This document shows positions 26,900 to 39,988 of a DNA stretch of 64,000 nt, piece by piece. Numbering within the stretch: the first letter of the stretch is position 1; each line of letters begins with the position of its first letter. The DNA is from Guillardia theta CCMP2712. Taxonomy: Eukaryota; Protista; Cryptophyta. The notes under the pieces are model-generated. The model was not told the origin of the DNA and made no database searches. It saw nothing but the letters and a program-made list of their open reading frames with translations. The stretch covers positions 687,998 through 751,997 of the forward strand of contig NW_005434647.1 in NCBI RefSeq assembly GCF_000315625.1, given 5' to 3'. Made by a program: the position numbers and the translations under genes.

Positions 26900-28886
26900 G
26901 TTGGGACCTGCACTCATTCTCTTTGTCCCGTGTTCCTTCCTCTGCGTTGAAAAGCTTCTTCTCCCCACGCACTTAAACTTTTGGCACTTAAACCGTTTTG
27001 GTTGAAAAACCAATGTACATGGGGACAGGGGGTGTGCTCGCACATCCATCTTGTGCAACCACACTGATGGCATCTTCAGCCAGTCCAGCAACTGTATGCT
27101 TGTAAAATTTCTCATTGTACTTGTACAACTCGTTTTGAAGTTCTGATTCGTTGACAGGCAGATCGCCATTCGCCATTCCCTCCAGTTTTCCTATCAATCG
27201 AGGAATTTCTACATCCATCTGTTCACAGCCTTCAATTACTGTCTTGAGGTAACGTTGATGTGGTGTGAACCTGACATCCTCTGGAGATTCGCCTCCGGTT
27301 CTATGCTTGGCAACAAATGCATTTCGAACCTTCTTGTATGCTTGCTCCATATCACCCTTCCTCTGATGCACACTCTGTTGATCGGATCTCAACATGCCAA
27401 CCAGCTGTTCGCTGATATAGTGTTCTGTCTTTCCTGTCAAACAAAACTTTTCCTTGCGATCTTGAAGCAGGTCAAGTCGCTGAGCCAAGTCAGGTTCATG
27501 ACTTGTTATACCCCCCAGATCTGCTTCACATTCCTCAAACACAGAACAAAATCCTGCATTTATCATTGTTTTGTCGATCGCACAACAATTCACTCCAGTC
27601 TGACAATGCTCAGGATTCATTCGACGGAATTCATCCATCATAAATGTGCACACTCTGGACCTATCATTGCCATGCAGTTTCATGAGATGCCTATCTCGTT
27701 TCTGAAGAGTGGATGTGGATGGCAGAGGTAAGTTGTGTAACATCTGGTCCGTATCAAAAGTTCCAGTATTTTTGTTCCCCGGCCCTGTGAGCAAGCGATA
27801 TAGACCTGAGGTGCCGACATTCCAAATTGATGCAGCAAAACTCATGACTTGCTCAGAGTATCGCATGCCTCTAGTGTCCTTTGTTCGAAAGCCTTGTCGT
27901 ATCCAGTCGCTCACTATGAATGGCATGATTTGGTGTTTGCTCTTCATGCCATCTCCTTCCTGACTGGCGAACATTACGATATCTGAAACTATGTCGGGAA
28001 GCTCAGCAGAACGGAGGTTATCCATCGCCCTTTCAACATGGCAGATGGTGAGAAAGCACTTGGCAGTAGGACTTTCGTCATTGGATTCTTCAAGAGACTC
28101 ATGCTCTTCAAGAATGCTTCGGATGAAATCACGTCTATCCTCCAATGGCATTGACTTGAAGTTCTCGCACATTGTATGTGCGAGGAGAGAGAATGCTGTT
28201 TTGATATTGCTGTTCTGGTCTTGGCTAATATGTTCAGGCCTTACATACCTGCATGTGGCATGTCAGTGCTCTGGTGCATTCCAGCTCGCTGGTTACCTTG
28301 AGTGATAATCGTGTATTTGCTTTTGTAGCTCGTCAACAGTGTCATAGTGCGAAGTGGCCCAATGTCTGATTTTCTTACACAATGCCTTTTGCTTTTGCCG
28401 ATGATTCTTTACTTGACTTCGAAGCTTTTGCGCGTCTATGTGCAGCTGGAATTGATCATGATGCATTTTGGAATCTGCTCCTTGTTGAAACGAGGTGAAG
28501 TAATGAAGGAAACAATTTTTGACGCCCTCTGCATTCTGTCCAAAGAGGTCACCTAGAAGCGTCAACTTTGCTCGTACATGAGAAGTGTTGATGGTATGCT
28601 GGCTCAGCTTGAGATAACTAGCCGCTACTTGTAGCAAGCTATCATCCGCGTCGCTTATCTTCAACGTTGCGTGCCCGATGTTTTGCAGAAAATGTAACAA
28701 TTTCAGCACCAGTGCGTCAGTGAACACTGCATAATCCTGTACAGTTTTCAAGTCGATGTCTTTGAAAGCCCGTCGACAACGTGAACAAGCTTTGATGCAG
28801 TGTTCAGGGATCGTCCGAATACTGTTCGTACTCTATCTCGTCTTACAAATAGGGCATTCCTCTCTGTCTGCTGTCGTCTTGCTCAT
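26900..28886 (-). pseudogene. Decayed P-element/THAP9-like DNA transposase with N-terminal C4 zinc finger
   Basis: RYSEQVMSFAASIW..GLYRLL..LPLPSTSTLQKR, CCAIDKTMI and LAEDAISVVAQ resemble P-superfamily motifs. CPIC..CSRC finger is interrupted by TAG at 28833-28835. Frameshifts near 28250 and 26990. No TIRs found. Confidence 0.55.
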
Positions 28887-29404
28887 GGCAAGGATGCAGA
28901 GCAGATTGCCCGCCAAAATTCGGATTTGAATTTCTCCCCATGGCGCGTCATAGATCTTGCATCGTTGCCTTATACCCCCTGCATGACCACCGCCCTCGAT
29001 GTGCATCGCGGTGGATGGGAGGGGTATTTAACTGAAAATTAGTACCAGGTATGGGCTAGAGGCAGTGGTTGGCCCGCGGATGAGATCGAATATAGTAGTT
29101 CCACCCCCGTGACATTGCCACAAAGACTGGACGGGTATGTGGGGGGATGTGGTACCAGATGTGCCACGGTGTTAAAGCCACGGTGTTACACACAAGCACA
29201 AGAGTAAACATGCAAAAGGGCGCAATGGTAGAAGGTATGCCAGGACAGGGAGGCATGTGCGGGAAGGGACGAAGTTAAACGATGATTTTAGTAGGAAACA
29301 TGTATACATGCGTGAAACAGCATGCTGTCGTACTGATCTTGACTGATTCTAAATTGTTTCTAGAACAATGGAATGTTCATAATTACCTGCACTCCACGTC
29401 GCAG

Positions 29405-31134
29405 TTAGAGGGAGCCAAAGATACGATTCTTCATAATGTTCTCCTACCTACTGGATACGGAGAGTAAGACGCACTAATCGCAGTTTCCCTGCCGCACCTG
29501 ACGTTTTCAATGGTGTCAGGTACCAAAGGAGAGATATACTCTTGAGCGGGGGGAAGATATCAAGAATAGGCGAAGCTTGCTCCATGGCTGCATCAGCTGC
29601 GGAGACGATCGACTGCAGCGAGAGGATGGTTCTCCCAGGTTTTGTCAATGCTCACACTCACTCTGTTGAGCATTGGGCCCGTGGTCTGATCCGACCCTTG
29701 CCCCTTGAGCTGTGGGTCCAGCAGCTGATCCGTCATGAGCCAAGAGGATGCTGCGGATGGTTCAAAGAGGAGAGCTGGAGTGCAACGCCTGCAGAAGCCA
29801 TCGGCCTGTCTGCCATGCTCTGTGGAGTAGAGGCCTTGATGAGCGGATGCACGGTGGTCCTCGATCACTTGCTCATCAGAAACCTGGAGGACCTCGAGCA
29901 AGCAGTGCAAGCTTACAAGGCGTTGGGGATACGCGCCTTCATCGCTCCCATGCTGGGGGACGACGCCGACATGTACTCCAACTACATCCCAACAGTACCA
30001 GATGCTGCTGAGAGGAACGGTAAGATGCGGGAGGACGGCTCGTGTTGCAGGGGCATGCGGGGGGACGGAAGTTTCCGAACCGAGCGGGGGCAGCGAGATG
30101 TCAAGAAGACAGAGGAGGTGATAAGGCTGTGGGAGGACGCGGCGACGCGTTTTCATGCTCCAGATGAAGGCATTGAGATAGTGATTGGGCCCGTCACTGT
30201 TTACAATGCATCATCGGAGCTGCTGGCAGCTGCGACTGAGATCCGGAAGAAGTACAATCTGAGAGGACACATTCACTTGCTTGAGACGAGAGCACAGGCG
30301 ATGATGGCGCGACAATGGTTTCCTTCAGGGAGTGCAGTCAAACATCTGCGTGACCTTGGCTTCCTCCAACTCCCCGGCACATCCTGTGCTCATGGCATCT
30401 GGCTAGATGACGAGGAAGCTTCGATCATGGCGGAGTGCGGAGCTAGCATAGTTCACAACCCTCTGAGCAATCTCAGATTAGGAAGCGGTATCATGCCCCT
30501 GCAGAAGTACGAGCATGCTGGCGTTAATATCACGCTCGGATGCGATGGCTCGTGCTCCTCAGACGGGCAAGACATGCTCGAGGTGCTTAAACTTGCTACC
30601 ATCCTGCAGACGGTCTCGTCGCCGGAGTACAGAGATTGGCCTCTTCCCTCCAAGACTGCTCTGCAGCTTGCCAGTGCGAACGGATATGCTGCCGTGGGCA
30701 TGAAAGGCAAAGCAGGAGAGATAGCTGAGGGGATGGAGGCCGACCTTACCTTGTGGGACCTGACATCGCTAGCATTGCTTCCTCGCACGGACCCCCTCAG
30801 TCTCCTCGTGCTCGGCAGTCGGTCTCAGGCTCCAGGATCGGGCTCGACGCTATCGGACGCTTGGGTTCGAGGGAGACGAGTTATGCGAGATGGTCAACCA
30901 GCCGGTGTCTCGCTGCAGAAGCTGAGGTCTTTTCTGCTCGCTGCTCAGCCTCATTATCGTCATCCCAACGTCACCGAGCCCAGCACAAGCGACATGACGG
31001 CAGCGTGCGAGGAAGAGTATCGAGCTGCTCTGATGCTCTCCCCGCCGGTAGCAGCATGGCCTCCTTCTATGACTGAATATCCCCAGGACAGGGTGATTTA
31101 CGACTCATGCATGACAACGCCGGGGACAAGTTGA
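29405..31134 (+). CDS. Metal-dependent amidohydrolase (MTA/SAH deaminase - AtzB/chlorohydrolase group); first exon unresolved
   Basis: VLPGFVNAHTH, HIHLLET, AHGIWL, VHNPLSNLRLGSG, LGCDG motifs. Confidence 0.9.
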
Positions 31135-31530
31135 CTCCCGGCCGGTGACCCAGTGGGCGAGTCCCGAAGTTTCACTGCGCCGGGGTATGAGGCTACCAAG
31201 CTGAGAGTCCCACTGGACTCCGGACATGCTTCCGGACTGAGTTCCTAACTGACTAGTACTCCGTAACTTTCAAGTTTGTATCTGTGTTGAAGCCTCCAGC
31301 CGCTTCCCGGCAACTCGCGAATATAAGCTACCGTGCCGATGCCACTCATGATCAGCGACCTACTAGGCGGCTACTGACGGATGCGATCACGCCGGATCGG
31401 ACTGTCGACCGGCGGACCGCCCGGCCGTCGTACTAGTTCATGTTCGACGGTAGCCTATCTATCTCAGTCTATCTATCATGCTATCGGCCTTGGGCCCGGA
31501 AGCCGCCCTACTAAGCCGCCCGAAAGAAGC
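31135..31530. other. GC-rich intergenic island (weaker)
   Basis: ccgg/gact/agt/tact words directly after the stop codon. Confidence 0.55.
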
Positions 31531-31816
31531 AACGGTTCAAGACCCCGACCTACATGCTCCTTGAAAGATAGCAGTAAAGAGACACCCTACCCCCTATATC
31601 CACTTCGAGGTTCCTTATAAACAGTAGGGTACAAAAGATAAGATGTTTAAAATTGTTTTATGCCGCAACCACTGTTGCTAATGAGATCACCCCCTACCCC
31701 ACAACTTCTGGATTGATGCACCGGTCCTTACAAGCCAGGTCGCAATGGTCATGTCCCTCCCCCCGATGCGGTTGATATAAAAGAAGGATAGGGAGGGGAC
31801 GTCGCAGCAAACAACC

Positions 31817-32368
31817 ATGCCATCCACCCACACCTCCCTTGCTCCTGGCAGCGCCTTCCCCTCCCTGACTCTCCCCAAGGTCGGAGGAGGAGAGGTCACC
31901 TTCCCCTACAAGAACACCGAGACCCTCGTCGTGTTCTACCGTGGAAACTTCTGCCCCTTCTGCCAGGGCACTCTCAAGAGCCTGCAAGCAGCCCTCAAGT
32001 CCTTCGAGGAGATCAACGTCAAGGTCATCGCGATCTCGGCAGACAAGGAGCCCGAAGCCAAGACGACCGTCGCTAACTGCGGCATCTCCTTCGATGTCGC
32101 CTACGGCTTGGAGCCTTCGACCATGCAGAAGCTGGGACTCTTCATCAGCGACCCGACCAACTACATCGAGCAGAAGCACAAGTTCAGCGAGCCTGCTTGG
32201 TTCTTCATCAAGGAGGATGGCTCCGTGCGCTACCTCGACATCGGCAGTGCTCCGATGACCGCACGCCCTGTCCCGGACTCCATCATCATGGCTGTCAAGT
32301 GGGTGCGTGAGCAGCTCAAGACTCGCCCAGAATTTGGCAAGGTGGTGTGGGGATCAGCTCAGGCTTGA
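31817..32368 (+). CDS. Peroxiredoxin-like (AhpC/TSA) redoxin, copy B
   Basis: Differs from copy A at 3 aa (S2P, R5H, one E->K near the C-terminus). Confidence 0.9.
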   Translation: MPSTHTSLAPGSAFPSLTLPKVGGGEVTFPYKNTETLVVFYRGNFCPFCQGTLKSLQAALKSFEEINVKVIAISADKEPEAKTTVANCGISFDVAYGLEPSTMQKLGLFISDPTNYIEQKHKFSEPAWFFIKEDGSVRYLDIGSAPMTARPVPDSIIMAVKWVREQLKTRPEFGKVVWGSAQA

Positions 32369-32547
32369 GAAGACTGAGAGAGAGGACACAAGACGAAGCC
32401 GACGAGTGTTATGGACGTAGACTTGAGTGATGAATAAACTGGAAACACTGACAAGCTTTCTCGTTCGTACCGTTCTCACGAATCCTAAGGTATCAGTGCT
32501 CGAGTCTGCAATTTTCACACGCGCATATCGCGTAACTCACAAGGCTA

Positions 32548-35500
32548 TTACTTCATGCTTCCCCATCGACCTGCTTTGGTTTTGCGACCGTCTCCCTGTG
32601 TTATTCGATGAGAACAACTTGCAAGCTGAATGAAATCGGTCACCGTCGTATCGTTTGCAGCTGGTTTCCTTTTGCCTGTGGTTGGTTCACCCTTCTGTGC
32701 CGACCTTTGGGTGGTTTTGACATCTTCTTCCTCTCCAGAAACCCCTCCGTCAAGTGCAGACTTCCCTGTAAGAAAAATCATCTCAATTTCACAATACGAT
32801 TGAATTTCACACCAAAAGACGCTGGCTTTCGGTTCTGAGAGGGTGGTTTGGGTTTCTTTTCTTTGGCGCCATAGGATACATATTGCTCTTGGTCGTCGAC
32901 TGGAGACTCTACCTTGTTGGAGTCGGACGAGTCATCGTCCCTTGTTGATCTAGCTTTGCGCTTGCCACGCGCTGCCGACGTGGCCGCAGCTCCTCTACCA
33001 CCTCGGGCTCCTCGTCCCCCTCTAGTTGTTGTAGCGGCTGTCTTTCCTCTCGCTCTCCCTCGAGCCTGTCCTCTTGAAGGACCTAGTCGTAAGTCGTAAC
33101 TTCCAAGTCTGTCAAGTCCCAGCAGCAGGAGAAGATACCTTGTTCGGGGAAGTCTGGATCAGAAGCATTCTGATGATCCTCACAGTCCATCTGTTCTGAC
33201 GATTTCACGGTCTGATAAACACATCAATAAACGAAAATGCAACATCGTCGGTGACCAATAAAATATTTTCAGCGGATTCGGTGTGAAACTAATTTGCGCA
33301 GCATTAGCGTACAGTGTAAGTCTGAATAATTATCACATGACCCATCGACTGCTTCTTTGATTGCCTGCAGAAGGGGACAATTACACTGTGCTCATTTGAT
33401 ATCAGGGTATTGGAGATAACCTTTGCTCCAAGAATGGTTTCAGCTTTTCTAAGCAATCATTTTCGTCTTCGAAAGCTTTGTAGGTTTCGGCATTCCCAAC
33501 TAATTCTTCCAACTATCAAAAATTTCAGTTTGAGTCTTATTAGACATTTCACGAGTTTTTCTTGCTAAATGCTAAGTTTCGGTCATTGTCAGGCATCGAG
33601 CAGAAAGAGACCTCTTTCATTGTCGAAGCAACCATGCCTCCTATCGACTTGTTTTCATCTTTATCGACAAACTCCTTCACAGCATTTAATATCTCATTTC
33701 TTGAGAGAAGCTGTTGCAAAGACTACGTCAGCACAAGTCTCCCAAGATATCAGACCTAACCTGCAATCCGGATTTTTTTGACTTTTCCATATTCTCCAAT
33801 TCTTCTTCGATGAGCGTATTCATGTCTACTCCCTGTCATAAATGAATTAAACTTGTAAGTTAGGCCACCAAAAACCTCAAGGATCTCCACGGGTCGATTT
33901 TGTCTTTGGGAAGACGTTTCTTCTTGCTTCAGTCTTTTTGATTTGCGCCAGAACCTGACTTCAAGTGAATACGTCCTGCACCCGAGCAAAACAGTGATAT
34001 TGGGATGCAATCTCTTACAAGAGCATATCGGACGGATTTGCAACTTTCCAATTGGACAAGGTCTTCCCTGCAAATATCTTCGCATGTTTCGTGCTTGAGC
34101 GATCATGCGACTGCAATTATTCAACTTTTACCTGCCCGAACCCCCTGGGATGTAACATAGGATAATCCGTGTATTCTACCTGCATAAATACACAGATATT
34201 ACCAAGTAGGAATGGCATGTGTGAGCATACCTTCAATCGAATTAGAGGTTGCCTCAGACATTCAGGGGTATCTGGATTATTTTCCTTTGCTCTTTGAATC
34301 ATTTGTTCGATCTGTCATGAACTCACTCGTTGGCAAGCTTGGACAAACCAGGTACCTTTTCAACCAGAAACGCCTTCACACCCTCCTCATTCTGTTTAGG
34401 TTTCGGATCTTGGAGACTAAGGTTACACTCCTCGTATATGAACGGCCGAACATTTTGATGTCTGATCTTGACATGCCTTGACAAAACGTCAGAAAGTAGA
34501 ATTCGGAATCAATTTGATACTTAGTCTGATATTCGCCGTGCTTTCCAAGTCGAATATCAAGAACTGCCATATGCTTGGGCTTCAAAAAAGAGAAATGTCT
34601 TACATATCTAACAGGCAATTCGGGATCCTTAAAACAAATTACAATAGATTCTGCAGCAACTAGCGACGTCTGGACGCTTGACCCTGGCTGAGAAATTCGA
34701 ACTGTTCCATTGTTGGCTGATCGAAAGACAGTCAAGCGCTAAGGCGCACAAAAAGCTAATCACCGCTAGGTTCGGATTCAAAATCTATTCTGCATTCATG
34801 CTCATGCCCCCAAATTATCGCATGCAACCATTCAGGTAAAAGGTTCGCTGGTATGTAATCTTTCCCTTGTTGTGAACGTTGAAACTGCATATAAGTTATG
34901 AGAACGCTAGCGACAATGAAATATGCGCACTCTGTTCTGATGTATGACCATTAGATGAAAATACTCTTCCTTGGGTTCTGTTTTAGAGCAATGCAAGTGA
35001 GATTGCATTCCCTGCCTTGACTCAGGGTGGGTCTACCGGCTCGCTCAAATTTTACCCTGTGGTTACAAAAGTTCTTGAAGAGAGTGTCATAGGAATGATG
35101 CAAAAAAGGTAGAGTAAGCATGCACCTGATACAATCTATCGTCTCGCATGTTCCCAAGTCCATATAGTGCAATCTTTACATTTCCCTTCTTCAGGCAGAT
35201 TGGTCGTATCACGACATTCTCGACGTCTTGCTATGAAAATCCAAAGCATATCACGTTCATGGTGTAGAGTAGAACAATTGTCATGGTCAGGGAAATAGCA
35301 ATCGGTCCCTACCTGCTTGCCAAAGTAATTGACCAGCCCAGCATTCCACAGAACGTCCAACGCAGAATAACTGCCTTTGCCAGCCGGATCGTCGTGATTG
35401 CCGTGTATGATAAACACCTATTTGCGTACAAATCCGCTATCTTAACAAAAACTTGCTCTTGCTTTAAGTCACAAGGAAAAGAATACCGGTAATGATACAT

Positions 35501-36049
35501 TCATGCAAGGGTCCTCATAATTCACAAAGCCACCCTGTGATTTGAAATGTCAACCCCAATATTTCATTCAATGCAGCATACATGATGCTTGTCTCCTATC
35601 GAATCCAATGCTAATGGTTGCAAAGCGACTGGCCTTTCCGAACAAAGTCAATTTTCATAGGGATTTCTGAACCCAAACATGGTGAACCTTTCTCCAAGAC
35701 AATATTTTTTGAACATCTTCACGCTCTTCACCATAGTGTTCCTCGATGGTTTATTTTTGTCAAACAAGTCTCCACCAAGCAGCAAAAAATCAGCCTGGAT
35801 TGTTTGAAGAAGAGTCAGTGAGTGATCTTTGTTCCTTTTGGCGAGAACCTCGCATCCAGTAGCTCGCTGGAATACTTCTTCCATGGCCAAGAAGCTGTCG
35901 TCTTGCCGCATCTCGTTGTCTTCAGCATGTCCGAGGTGATTGTCAGTGGAGATGAATATCCTCATGACGTCTTTGCTGGGCGGTGCCATCCTGATTCCTC
36001 CCCCTCCTCCCAGCCATGCTCCTGCTCCCATCGACTCCTGCGCCTCCAT
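32548..36049 (-). CDS. MRE11: Double-strand break repair nuclease MRE11; many introns
   Basis: [67 protein letters not shown]-terminal GAR ([11 protein letters not shown]). Confidence 0.95.
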
Positions 36050-39000
36050 AGCTGAGAGACTGCAGCTGATCGGATTATTCGTGGTACGGGTAGTGTGGTT
36101 TTGGGGGGTTACATGGGGGTGGTCGTGTGATGCTGGCACGGTGGGGTGGTACGCGTACCCACAAACCTTTCGAGTTCCCGCCAAAATCACGCAGGAGCGA
36201 AACATGGCACAAGTCTGATGCAGAGCCTCGATGTAGAGGAGGCGGCTGAGCTCGGCTAGACGTTCGACGAGCCTACTGCCTTCTTCGATGGCACCTTGAA
36301 CACTCGTCATGGGTCCTCTATACCATGGACAAGAGAAACTTCAAGTGCGTCTCCTCTCCTCAGGTGCCCGGCTGCTTCGTTCCTGACCAAAGTGGCTGCA
36401 GCACTCGATCCGCATGTAGCCCCTGGTCAGATAGAGTGACTCTATTGGTGAATACCGTTAAACAATGACGAACAATCATTCATGGTCCCAGCTCGTGTGA
36501 AACAGCAAAGTACAACCTCGAGGTCCGTGTGCGAGACTATCAGAAGGTCCTTGGATCTTACGCAAGGAGCACACTACCAAGCAATTCCGTTCGCTTCAGT
36601 GCTTTCGTGGTTCGACTGCTGAAGGTGGACGACAAGCATCAAATTCTTGTCAAGTTTCGACTATCTCCGTCGTAAATATGCGCTTGATTTCTTCCTCAGT
36701 TGCTTGTTGGTTTGTATGATCGTTAGAAAGGTGTGACAATTATTCGGGTTTATAAAGACTCGACTCGGTTCGCCATAGAGAGTGAAAGCATCTAGACGTT
36801 CACAGGCGTGCTGATTAATAGAGAACAAAATTATCCAATTTTCCATATCCAGGAAGATGACGACCGGGTGATGAACGCGTGCCGTTATCCAACATAGATG
36901 GGGGCTAGACAGTAGGTGAGTACAACAGGGAAGAATCTTCACGTGAAGAAAAGTGAACTGCAGAATCAAACTTATCATTCTCTTCGTCTTCCCCTTTCTC
37001 CTCGTTTTCCTCCAACATCTCGGCCTCCCATTCTCCAAGAAAAGCTACGGGCAATCAGTTCGCTGACAGCTCTCCTGAGACTAGCGTACGGAGATCGCTA
37101 GGGCGCAGAAAGAAGTTCCTTGTATTCATAACCCAATACAAGACTGTTGACTTCCAGCAAAACTTGTCTCAACTGCAAACGATCAGGCCTGCCAAAACCC
37201 TGGGCCCCGCTACTTCATCTTGATAACGCGTCTCTCTCCGACAGGAACATCGCATACTGCGTGGGTTTTGTTCCACGCCGACTCTCTTGGCACCGCCCTC
37301 TCAAATTGGAAGCTTTGGCAGAGACAGCGATAGATTAAGACGGATATAGGAAGGGAGAAAAACTGAGGAAGAAAGAGTAGGTTAAGGAGGTCATTTGGAC
37401 AAGAAAGATTTCATGGGGTGATTGAATCAAGCATGCTGGGGTCTCGGGAAAAGTTAGATTCCAATCTGCCTTTTATGTATAACAACTCACAACGAAAAAT
37501 TCACAGTCGTCCATGCGGCGAAAAGAAGACTCAGAAATTCACCTCAAAAAGAAGTCGGCAAAGAATATAATGAATACAAGTCTCACTACTGAACAGATCG
37601 CTTGTTTAAAAGTAATTTTGCTCTGTCATATCAGATGATTCACAGCGATTTCAATGACTTCGAACATTTCCTGGATGGCGGTATCCACACAAGAGGAGAA
37701 ACATTGTGTACACTGATGTGTAGAAATCGAACAAGTATACAGAATGGATATACAAAGTTTGTGGATCCTGAATATACAAATTTTGTTCTGCTGCGTACAA
37801 GCTGTTTGCTCCCGTTCCTCCCTCCCTTCCTGCCTCAGGGCCTTCCTCCTTGCAGTCCCCGGCCTTGATCCTCCCTATTCTCTTCCTCCCAAACCGATTC
37901 TCTTACCTCCCTCCTCTAGAATGTCACGGTTGACAAACCTCTCCCAGGCTTCATTCCCAAATCCATTCACCCATAGAACCCACAGTCTTTCGTGCCTCTG
38001 CATGCAGAAGTGATTCGGCCTTACAATAGAGAACATTCAACACAGCTCATGGTATCTAAAGATTCAGGATGTGTGCGGTCATCTACTTCAACTTGCGTCA
38101 GCCACAGGTGCATACTATAGCCTCGGGTTGTGGGAGTTTGATTTTTGAAGCAAAAATCAATTGACTCTAGCTAGTACCGTACATTTCGAAAAGAGGAGCA
38201 TGTTTTTCAGCATTGTTTCATTTTTTCAAGAAACGACCGTCTCTTGGTGTCTCTTCTTTTCTCCCCTGGGTCGCGTGACCCCGCGAGATTTCAATCTCCA
38301 CCCGAGCTACCGTCCGCTCACAGTAGTGGTAGCCATGTAGTCTACCAGGCCCGCTTCGAGGACTGCGACCCACCTCTATGAGCTCGAGTACCATCCGGTG
38401 CCCAAACTGTACCGCCGGTGGGAGCTCGGTTCCAATAGTACGAGGCTTGCTAGGTTTCAGTACCAGGACAAGGGGTCATATTTGTAGCTCTGGGTACAAA
38501 TTGATAGCTTTTAATAATTATTGTAACCTACACCGCTTCAGACCCTGCGCCCTACCACATGCGCACTGAGGCGGACTGTCCTTGATACCACCGGTTTATG
38601 CCCTGGATAATGGGGGGGTTCCAGATATTCCCTAGGGTGGGGTAGGATCGGTAGGTCTCCCGCCCTTGCCCTTCGACCTTAAAAAGCAACCAAGTTTCGG
38701 ACACATTTACAAATAAGAAGAATCTTATTAAATACCGGTAATTTAACGAATATTCTCTCTAAATTTGATAAAATCTACCTAAGATAAGGGGGAAATGAAA
38801 TGAAAAAGAACTATTTCGTATTGTAGAAGAGCTCCAAGTTGTTGTAGGGCCTGAGTAGCTTTTTAAGGCCACAAGTCGCTTCCACCATTGCTAGAGGTAT
38901 AGACTAGCAGCCCTTGATTGCTGGGTGGGTGGGGTGGGTTTCCAACATGGCACAGAACGGTGGGGTAGTGTGTCCCTTATGTACCGAAAGATTTGTTACA

Positions 39001-39988
39001 TGGGACCTTCCTGCAAGTCGGGTTGGTGGGGGAAAAGGAGGGTGGGTGGGGTGGAGGCTCCAAACACATTTGGTAGAAAAAGTCGGGAGTGTTGGGGTGG
39101 TTGTTGCAGGCAGGGTAGGGTATTAGGGGACATTTGTTGTACCGGTACTAGAACCCCGGGCTCATTGCAAAAAAAGTGATGAATTGGGTGGGGTGGGAAA
39201 GTGGAGAGATTGATTATGGGCGGCACTAGGGGTAGTAGGGGTGAAGAGGGTACGGTGAGCAGGGGTCTTTTGTTGGCGAAAATATGTATGATGGGCCCGG
39301 GTGCTGGGTCCATGGGGTAGGGGGTGGGGCAATCAATAAAGGGGCGGGTGTAGTAATGGTCAGGGCAAGGATGGCGGGTTCACACATCAGAGATGAGATA
39401 GAGAAGATTGCAGAAGAGACAGAGAAATACACATGCGTCTAGTTGAAGACAGCTGCAGGATATGATGCATTTGAAAACACATTGTCTGTTATTACTTGAG
39501 AATAACTTGAGAAGTTTGATCCATCTCATTTTGACTGTGCCTCATTGTTAGGACCTTGTGTATGCTGCGCTGCAAGGAAACTGTCCATGTTAGCCCATGA
39601 TCGTGCGACGGATTCATCAACATGTTGTCAAGTTGTGATTGTGTAGTGTTGTAATCTTGTCTGATCTCTTGCTTGAAATCGTCGCTGGTGAAGCAGACTT
39701 TGTTTGGACTGTTTTCGATCTGTAAGCTAGGTATCATGCGCTTACCTCAAATACGAAAGTGCAAAACAACATTTGCACTCACACTCTGATCGTCCAGGTT
39801 GCATCTTGACCAAGAGCGCTCTCTTCCTTGCTTGTGGGAAAGTGCATCCGGTGATAACGACGGCTCGGGGTTGGGAACAGTCGTTCAGGAGTGAGGGTCG
39901 CATCCTGTGACGTCAATTGCCGCGAGAGTGCCCTTCCTTGTGGCACGAGAACAAGAGGACTTAAGTCGGAAGGCCCTCTCGATCGCGG

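Noticed and set aside
2399-28835. TAG codon reassignment suggested by in-frame TAGs in the BLTP3-like and transposase ORFs
   Set aside because: TAG is the apparent true stop of the DUF179, RWP-RK and kinesin genes, and the transposase has other lesions.
26560-29050. Terminal inverted repeats for the transposase
   Set aside because: Only short ggggta/tacccc matches that are ubiquitous in the window.
36300-39950. Possible small spliced genes (36326-37100 +; 39490-39900 -)
   Set aside because: Could not build a convincing exon chain or recognise any motif by eye.
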